Shown in pieces: positions 13,031 to 20,000 of a stretch of DNA of 20,000 nucleotides. Position 1 is the first letter of the stretch. Each line of letters opens with the position of its first letter. Source of the stretch: Rotaria socialis (Eukaryota); the NCBI GenBank assembly GCA_905331295.1, contig CAJNYD010000390.1, positions 45,990 to 65,989 on the forward strand, read 5' to 3'. Under the pieces are notes generated by a model. The model made no database searches and had not been told where the DNA came from. It saw nothing but the letters and a program-made list of their open reading frames with translations. The position numbers and the translations under genes are program-made.

Positions 13031-13255
13031 TGTTATGTCTTCTTCTCGCTCACATTATTATACTCAATTATCAGCGAGACAGCAACGTGATGGTATGACA
13101 ACAGAACGGAACAAAAGGATAATCCCCCTTCGCATGGAATCGAACCATGCACCTCCTGCTTTCCGGGCAGACGTATTAACCACTGTACTAGAAAGGAGTG
13201 TGCATTATTCGTTTGTTCCGTCTTACGATCGAAGGGGAACACTTCGGTCGTAACA
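13031..13255. mobile_element. Solo LTR (225 bp) of an LTR retrotransposon/TRIM, containing a tRNA-derived cassette
   Basis: Begins TGTTATG (13031) and ends CGTAACA (13255): TG...CA termini with a 6/7 inverted repeat. Exact 5-bp direct repeat AATTC on both sides (13026-13030 and 13256-13260). No second LTR or internal gag/pol nearby. Confidence 0.82.
13124..13197 (-). tRNA. tRNA-like (pseudo-tRNA) sequence inside the LTR; nominal anticodon GGA, body resembling tRNA-Asp/Glu; unlikely to be a functional tRNA
   Basis: Minus strand TCCTTTC-TA-GTACAGTGGTTAATAC-G-TCTGC-CCGGAAA-GCAGG-AGGT-GCATGG-TTCGATT-CCATGC-GAAGGGG-G folds as a cloverleaf. Box A TAGTACAGTGG (13190-13180), box B GGTTCGATTCC (13146-13136), TTTT at 13116-13113. 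Atypical features: C33, 6-bp T stem, and no long Ser variable arm. Confidence 0.75.
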
Positions 13256-13577
13256 AATTCGTTGAGTATCTTGTACCAAAACTGCGTGCTAGTTCTGATT
13301 CGTAAGGGTCTATTTCAATCAATTAATACAAAAAAATTAATTGATTCATTTGAATTGCACACCAAACCGAGCAGAAAATGTGGAATATAGTTGTACTTTT
13401 TTTTAGGGAGACAGCCTATTCTAGTATTGAACGAGTTAAAAATCCTTTTAAAACTTTGATCGAAAATAAACTCGCTTTTGACGGTACATATGTTTGGTTT
13501 TTATAGTGCTTAATCTCATTATAGATTGATATAGTTTTCATTGTTCCAAGAAGTTACACAAACCAGGAGTTACGAGA

Positions 13578-14111
13578 ATGCAAGTCGTATTTGCACTTTT
13601 ATTTATCTTAGGTAACTCAGATTTAAATGTATGAAAAGTAATCTATGATTTAATTGAATTTCACGCATGAATAGGATGTATTTCTGTTGCGAATGGATTA
13701 AGATGTTATGCTTGCGAATCTGCCTCCACACCCAATTGTGGCGACCCGTTTAGTAGTTCGTCATTAATACCTACGAATGAAACGGCTGGTGCCGGTCAGC
13801 ACAAAGTATGCATGGTATGTTTTTCTTTCGCTTGCATGTCTTGTTCATGGCACTAACACGATCAAACTATCTTTTTATTTCTTCAGAAGGTAAAAAGTGA
13901 AATCAAAGGCGCTATCCTTGTTGTGCGCAGTGGTATACCTATTACCGAAAGATGTATCGGGGGCGGGAACGGGTGCAAATCTGTCAACAGTATTACGACA
14001 TGCTGCTGTACTTCGGACTTATGTAATAGTGCACTTTCCATTCAAAAGCAATCAGTTCGTTTCATGATCATGATAGTATCAACAGTCGTCGTCGTCTATC
14101 AGTGGATGTAA
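13578..14111 (+). CDS. Ly6/uPAR three-finger protein, quiver/sleepless-like, predicted GPI-anchored, 132 aa (paralog 1); exons 13578-13611, 13675-13814, 13887-14111
   Basis: Spliced: MQVVFALLFILGCISVANG-LRCYACESASTPNCGDPF..VCMKVKSE..VVRSG..RCIGGGNGCKSVNSITTCCCTSDLCNSA plus hydrophobic tail. Signal peptide, CYxC, CxDPF and CxxxxCN motifs present; GT-AG introns; 399 nt in frame. Confidence 0.9.
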
Positions 14112-16641
14112 GATATTCAGATGGTCTTTGGTTACTTTCATCAATTTATCTGAATGCTTGCTTGAGTTTGAATGGATTTTTCAATTATTTTTGTTTTAAC
14201 TTCACCACTTGCTTTCCATTATTATTTTTCAATCTGCTAAACTTGCTTATTCATTTTGAAAATAAAAGAAAACGTTCTTAGATAATTTTTTTACAAAGTA
14301 AGAACTGGCAATGACAACAGAATATCACCAGTGTAAAATGTCAGTAATTGAATGCGTACCCAGCGAGTTAGATGGACTCAACTAGGATTATTCTATTGCG
14401 GGAAAGCTTTAGAAAATTTAATTGAAAGCATTCAAGTTCCGTTTCATTAGATTTGGATCGGGACCGAAAAAGGTTGTAACCATTGACGCCTACTCCTTGG
14501 CAAAAATGGAGAGAAGAAACATATCCACAGTAGAGATACAAGCTCGAGTATTAGCCATTTTCCATATTTTCCGATTCCCATGTTAAGCGCCAGTGAATGT
14601 CAACAACCAAAATATCAGAGCAGGAAATTGCTTTCAATAAAGAAAAATATTGGCTGAATTAAGAAACGTCTTGCGTAATGTTGAATAGGATATTATTAGT
14701 CGGTGAAGAAAACAAGCAGATAAAACTGTCTTTGGCCGAACTATTAGTTGATTGTGTATGTTATAGTAACTAGGTAAAGCAAGAACATCATCGGAAAGCT
14801 ATTTTTCCTGATCGACCAAGAATTTTGTTGAATGCGATTTGACACAGTGGAAGCAAACGGAATGGAAGTAAAACTAGTTTTAACTGTATGCATGCATTAT
14901 CTACACAAAAGTGATCGTGATGGACTGTATCTTACACATAAAGGATCTTTTAGATATACGTATATACAAAGACGAACAACTAAATAAAAATAGAATGTAA
15001 TTTGCTCTCATGGCCACGATTATGGATGAGATATTAAATGGAATTATTTTAAATAAATGAGTAAAATGATTGACGATCTTGTTTTAGGCTGTAACTATCT
15101 AACGATGATATAATGATACAGTTAACTGTGATTTGTTGAATCAGAAACATGTTTTTTTGCTTCTCCTTTTATAAGGAATCGGATACTACAATAAAATTAT
15201 TTTCATTAAGAATTTAACTTTTTTGCGCAAAATCTTTATCTGAAAAAGTTAGATATCTTTGCAGTAGAACTACAAACAATAAGTACAATAAAGATCGCTG
15301 GCAAAGCTAATATCACTATGGTACTAAGATATTTCACATTGTCATGGTAGGGTCAAATCCAAGATCTCTTCGAGAAAAGATTCAAATCTTTTTCGCCATT
15401 TATTTGTTTTTATGAAGCGTTGCCTAAGAAAGTTAAAGGCAAACAAATAAATACTTAGTCAATAAAATATAGTCGTCATTCTCTTTATGTGGAAGAATTT
15501 TCAGTATTTTTGTGTTCTACGTCAGGAAGGAGCGTGAGCTTACGCGGCTTATAATGACAATGAAAAATGTCTGTACATTTCCATCCAGCTAATTTCTGTA
15601 TATGTTTTATCAGCCAATATTTGTATCTAATCACATGATCTTTTTAACTCTCTTTTTTCCTTCTTACAGTAATCGGTAAGGTAAGTTTACAAAATATTCA
15701 AGATCACATTTCATAATCGTATTAGTGAATATAAATATCAAGTGCATAAGAGAGAGGTTGAAATAAAAATCTACAGTAAAAGAATTCTTTTTCCATAGAG
15801 ATCAAATGACAGTTCGCTATGAGATCCCACAGCCATCATCACTTTAGAAGAATTCAGTATGTTGAGTGGCGCACTTTTGAATAGATTTCATAAATAGAGT
15901 CTTTCATTTGCATGTTTAAATGAGTATTTCTTCATTTTCTATTCTCTCTGCTATTAACATTCTCATTTACTTTTAAGTCAAATAGACATGGACTGATTGT
16001 ACTTTATCTATGATGTTCATATGGCTATTTATGTGTTAGAGTCAGATAGAATTACGATTGTCTAGTTTTTCTAGTTATATCCGTAGAGATGAGAAACAAT
16101 TATACACACATATAGTATTTCTAAACGTTTGTAATCCTCTTGTCCTCTTTTTCCACATAATATGCAGTGACTATAGATAAATAGCTGAGCCTATTATCTA
16201 GAAGAATAATTATAATTCACAGAGCTGCACAGTTTGACAAAAAGTTGAGATAAACTGTCATTAAAATAAAATCAGATGATCCTCTTGCAACGATATCAGC
16301 TGTTGTTTTGTTAATGATCTCTTAGCGCATCAATCAAGAGTTCAAATTTAATACGAGTTTGTAGAGAAGAAAAGTATAACTATTAGTTCATTTAGTAAAA
16401 ATTGTAACAATCCGAATCTGCGAAGCACAGATATATAATTGATTCAAATACACGATTGAAATTCACAACAATAATCTATTCGTAGAAAAGCTTTAGTACG
16501 TTCGCATCGTCTAAATATATGCATTTTTTCCCGATTTTCTTTTCGTGTGAATTTAGACGTCTTTTTTTTATATTATTTTGTGCACTAGATATATCTCATT
16601 TTCATCATCAGAAGAAATAATATCACACAAGAACAACTAGC

Positions 16642-17174
16642 ATGCAGTCTATAGTACTTCTTCTATCTATCCTAGGTAATTAAGTTTTAAATCAATCGAT
16701 CAATATCATTTTATTGAGTTTGATGTATAAATAGGATGTATCTACATCGTTCATGGATTAGAATGTTATTATTGTGAAAGCGACGTAAACTCGGGTTGTG
16801 GTGATCCGTTCAATGCAAGTGCCATGAATGACGACAACACGGATGACGATACTACCTTTATAGCGTGTGTGGTATGTTCTTTTGATTTTCTTCTCTACTT
16901 CATGGCGCTAAAACTCATAAATCGTTTTCTTTTTTTCCAGAAAGTAAAGAGTGAAAGCAATGGCATTTTCAGCATATCACGTCGTGGTGTAAATACAACT
17001 GGCGACTGCTCTGGAGATGTGAATGGCTGTAAGTCACAAAATATAAATGGTGTAACTAGTTCTACATGCTGTTGCACTACGAAGTTATGTAACAGTGCAT
17101 CTTCGCTTCAAAGCCTATCGGTTATTTCTATGGCCATAATTCTACCAATTGCTCTTGTCTATCAGTTGATTTAA
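16642..17174 (+). CDS. Ly6/uPAR three-finger protein, quiver/sleepless-like, predicted GPI-anchored, 134 aa (paralog 2); exons 16642-16675, 16735-16871, 16941-17174
   Basis: Spliced: MQSIVLLLSILGCIYIVHG-LECYYCESDVNSGCGDPF..ACVKVKSE..ISRRG..DCSGDVNGCKSQNINGVTSSTCCCTTKLCNSA plus hydrophobic tail. Same intron positions and phases as paralog 1; 405 nt in frame. Confidence 0.9.
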
Positions 17175-18570
17175 GCAATACACGTTGCTCTCAATTTATC
17201 TTAACAATTCCATGAAGTGGAATAGACTTTTTGATCTTTTTCGTTTTCAATTCATTTCTTCTCAACACTGATTTTTTTCTATTGTACCTTTGAAATCTTT
17301 TCAAATCTTCTAAACGTGCTATTTCTATCTGAAAATAAATTTCTAGCTCCCAAATCGATTTTGTATTGCTCTGTGAACATTTGAATGTAATGCTGTCAAA
17401 GAAAACAATCATTCGCGTTAGACAGATGTCTAACAAATCCTACCTGTGGAAAGTGAGAGTATGAATGTTGATATCTAATTAACGCAACGACAAGATCAAC
17501 AACAATGTTCATATAGTTTGGTGTAAGTATTTAAAAGAGCAAATCAACTTTCTTATGATGCCAATTTTTCACATTAGACGGTCCCCGTCTCCAGTTGTGA
17601 TTAGCATCGATAAGCGGAGCATCCTAAATGAAACAAATTCTTTGTGTCTTTGATGAAGCTATAGGTTTTTTAATGCATGCTACTAATCAACTGCGCTTAC
17701 GATGTATGCCATTACTTTTCTCACGCAGTTTCATGTGTATGTTAGTTATCTATCAAACGTGTATTGATATTCTTCATTGAAACACACTTCAAAAGATTCA
17801 CAAAGTTAAATTATGAGAAGAAATATCGGCGATACATTTGGTGTCTTTTCATAAAGGTTTATCAACGCTTTCCTTTCTGCGCAAAAATATAGTCCACGAT
17901 GGAATAAGTTTGATTACCGACTGATAGCCGAAAGTTAGTTTGAAGCTTGATAGCGATTCTATTGTAAGATGGATTTTAATCGCCAAAAATAAATATAATT
18001 CATGATCGATCAATATTTGTTGAATTTTGTGTTTCATAAACAGTTTAATTTTCATTGAAGCTTTTTCATATGGGAGTATCCTTTGATTCCTGTTGATAGA
18101 ATGCAAACATGTGGAGGACTGTCAGTATGCAAATGCAAGGTACACAAATACAGAGAATATCTTCTCAAGTTTTCTACGGTTAAATGTAACAAGATTTTTG
18201 ATACTTCTTCAATGCTGTGCAAATAAGCGAGAGAAAAATCGATTACAAGGTTACTAAGCTTTCTAGTTTGTTCATAACTGCAGTTTTAACCAGATTTGAA
18301 AATAAAAAATAATTCTCAAAACAGAGCATCAACATTTTACTTGAAAATTACTTAATAATTATAGTTGAAATAAGAAATTTTATTATGGAAAACCAAAAGC
18401 GATGTTTGATAAGAACAACATGTTACCGGATGTTTTATTTTTCTTTCTAGCAACTATTTATTGCAGTCTTACCGAGTAAATTTATTTATCACTGGGGAGA
18501 TATCAGCAGCTGGCATCAAAAGTGCGCATCATTCCTGAAAAAAAAATAGTATTTTCACATCGACATCAGT

Positions 18571-18953
18571 ATGGTTGGATTTGGTGTTTTGATCATCGCG
18601 TGTTTAGTTTCATTCAATGTTTCCTTGCCAATATTTAATATATTTCATTGGGTTAATTTGAATCCTAATAAGTGTACAACGTCACCCAATGGAACATATG
18701 TTGCATTGAATTACAATGGAAATTGTACTTTATCTCCAGATACTCTAACAACAAGTTCATATAAATTTGTAATCGAGCCTGAAACACAAACAGCTAAATC
18801 GTTTATAGTCTATAATGATAGAGTTTGTCGGCTGGCTATGAACTATTAACAGTCAAAACACCTTTGTCATTGCATACTTGTGCACCATTACTTTTTAAGA
18901 CTACTCCAACAGGCTATGTCCCAATAGGTAGATTAGTTTTTAGTTGTAACTAA
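18571..18953 (+). pseudogene. Small secreted cysteine-containing protein of unknown family; ORF 18571-18849 with an apparent frameshifted continuation to TAA at 18951-18953
   Basis: Hydrophobic N-terminus MVGFGVLIIACLVSFNVS, spaced Cys and N-glycosylation sequons (NGT, NCT). A second frame, open from 18822, reads AGYELLTVKTPLSLHTCAPLLFKTTPTGYVPIGRLVFSCN*. It could instead be an intact 92-aa gene. Confidence 0.5.
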
Positions 18954-20000
18954 TAGATAAACAGTTGATTCGGACAATGCTATCGATTGATAATTGAATA
19001 ATTGAATTGCAGTTTCAAGTATGACATACATGATTTTGTATAAATTTGCGAACTTTAAACATCTTTAACTTATGTATTATGTTGAGGATTTGGACGCTGA
19101 GAACGATTTTACTGAAATCTCATGTCTGGCTTATGCAAAACACAACATATTTCATTCATGATATTTTGGCTGCTTTTCTTAGCTTCGATGAAAGCTCATA
19201 TCCAATTTGTCGAAAATAAAACATTTAATCGATGATGGCATAGTTAGCCAACCAAAACATTTTTCTAATGCTGAAAATTACATAATTTCGAGAAATACCG
19301 AAAAAGTTTGAAACTACATAAGGAATATGCCAGAGTTCAACATCAAGAATTAATACACTTTTTGCCGTTGAATATCGAAGTATATTGAAACAGAAATCTT
19401 AACTAAACTTACACGATTCATGCAAGATCTCAAGATTTTTGTGGGATCCCACAGACAATAGATTGGAATACAGCTCATGGAATTTCGATCGGTTCTGAAA
19501 ATCTGTATATCAGTGAATATTAACATAAATCCGATCTGCTGATCTGTTATTGAATTCCGTGTCGGATTTATGCCTATCAATACGTGAAAAAGTTGCATAG
19601 ACATTCGCACCCGATCTACATATTATGTGGTTGACTTTCCAATGAAAAAGTCAGTAAAGAATGAAGAAAAATAAACGAGAGAAGCTCGTATTGTGATGAA
19701 GATAAAAAAGGAACCTTATTCGGTAATATGAATTGAAAGGCAAGATGACTAATCAGAGGAGCTGCTATTTCAAATTCTGCGAAAATTTGAATTCAAGTCA
19801 AACATCTTTGAGGCAAAATGCAGTTGAAATTGCGAACTCTGAAAAATTATTATAGTAAGATTAGTTGAAAAAGTTATGCCAATATAAATTAGTTCAAGTA
19901 GAATAATCGATAAAAAGCCAGAAAACTAAAATGTAACACACATATGGTTGTTTGATGAAAGATATCGAAGAACAATCCTGCTTCCGATTTATTTATACAA

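Noticed and set aside
13124..13197. Functional tRNA-Ser(GGA) gene or ordinary tRNA-SINE
   Set aside because: C33, short variable loop and 6-bp T stem argue against a functional tRNA. The internal position within TG...CA ends, a 5-bp TSD and no tail argue against a SINE.
13023..13253. ORFs 13023-13253 (+) and 13033-13242 (-)
   Set aside because: Chance frames across the relatively GC-rich LTR/tRNA-like element, with non-ATG starts.
17191..18106. Minus-strand ORFs 17191-17436 and 17849-18106
   Set aside because: No recognisable motifs or splice structure.
19020..19900. Stop-riddled frames and ORF 19350-19610
   Set aside because: Possibly decayed coding DNA, but no family could be recognised.
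1..20000. CRISPR array or prokaryotic operon/defence system
   Set aside because: No regularly spaced repeats seen; the genes are intron-containing and eukaryotic.

Overview
AT-rich eukaryotic genomic DNA with mostly short (~50-90 nt) GT-AG introns. The intron sizes, gene content and non-animal-type Amt suggest an invertebrate, most likely a bdelloid rotifer (inference). Contents in order: (1) the last seven coding exons of an ARID3/dead ringer transcription factor gene (+, 1831-4141), with a scaffold-gap/poly-C artefact upstream; (2) an intact 3-exon Mep/Amt2-type ammonium transporter (-, 6797-8316), a horizontal-transfer candidate; (3) a decayed ABCC/MRP transporter pseudogene (+, ~10888-11604); (4) a 225-bp solo LTR (TG...CA, 5-bp TSD AATTC, 13031-13255) with an embedded tRNA-like Pol III cassette and extensive self-complementarity, the most unusual element here; (5) two tandem 3-exon quiver/sleepless-like Ly6/uPAR genes with a non-standard cysteine pattern (+, 13578-14111 and 16642-17174); (6) a small secreted-protein ORF that appears frameshifted (+, 18571-18953). 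All calls come from manual reading; no database searches were run.
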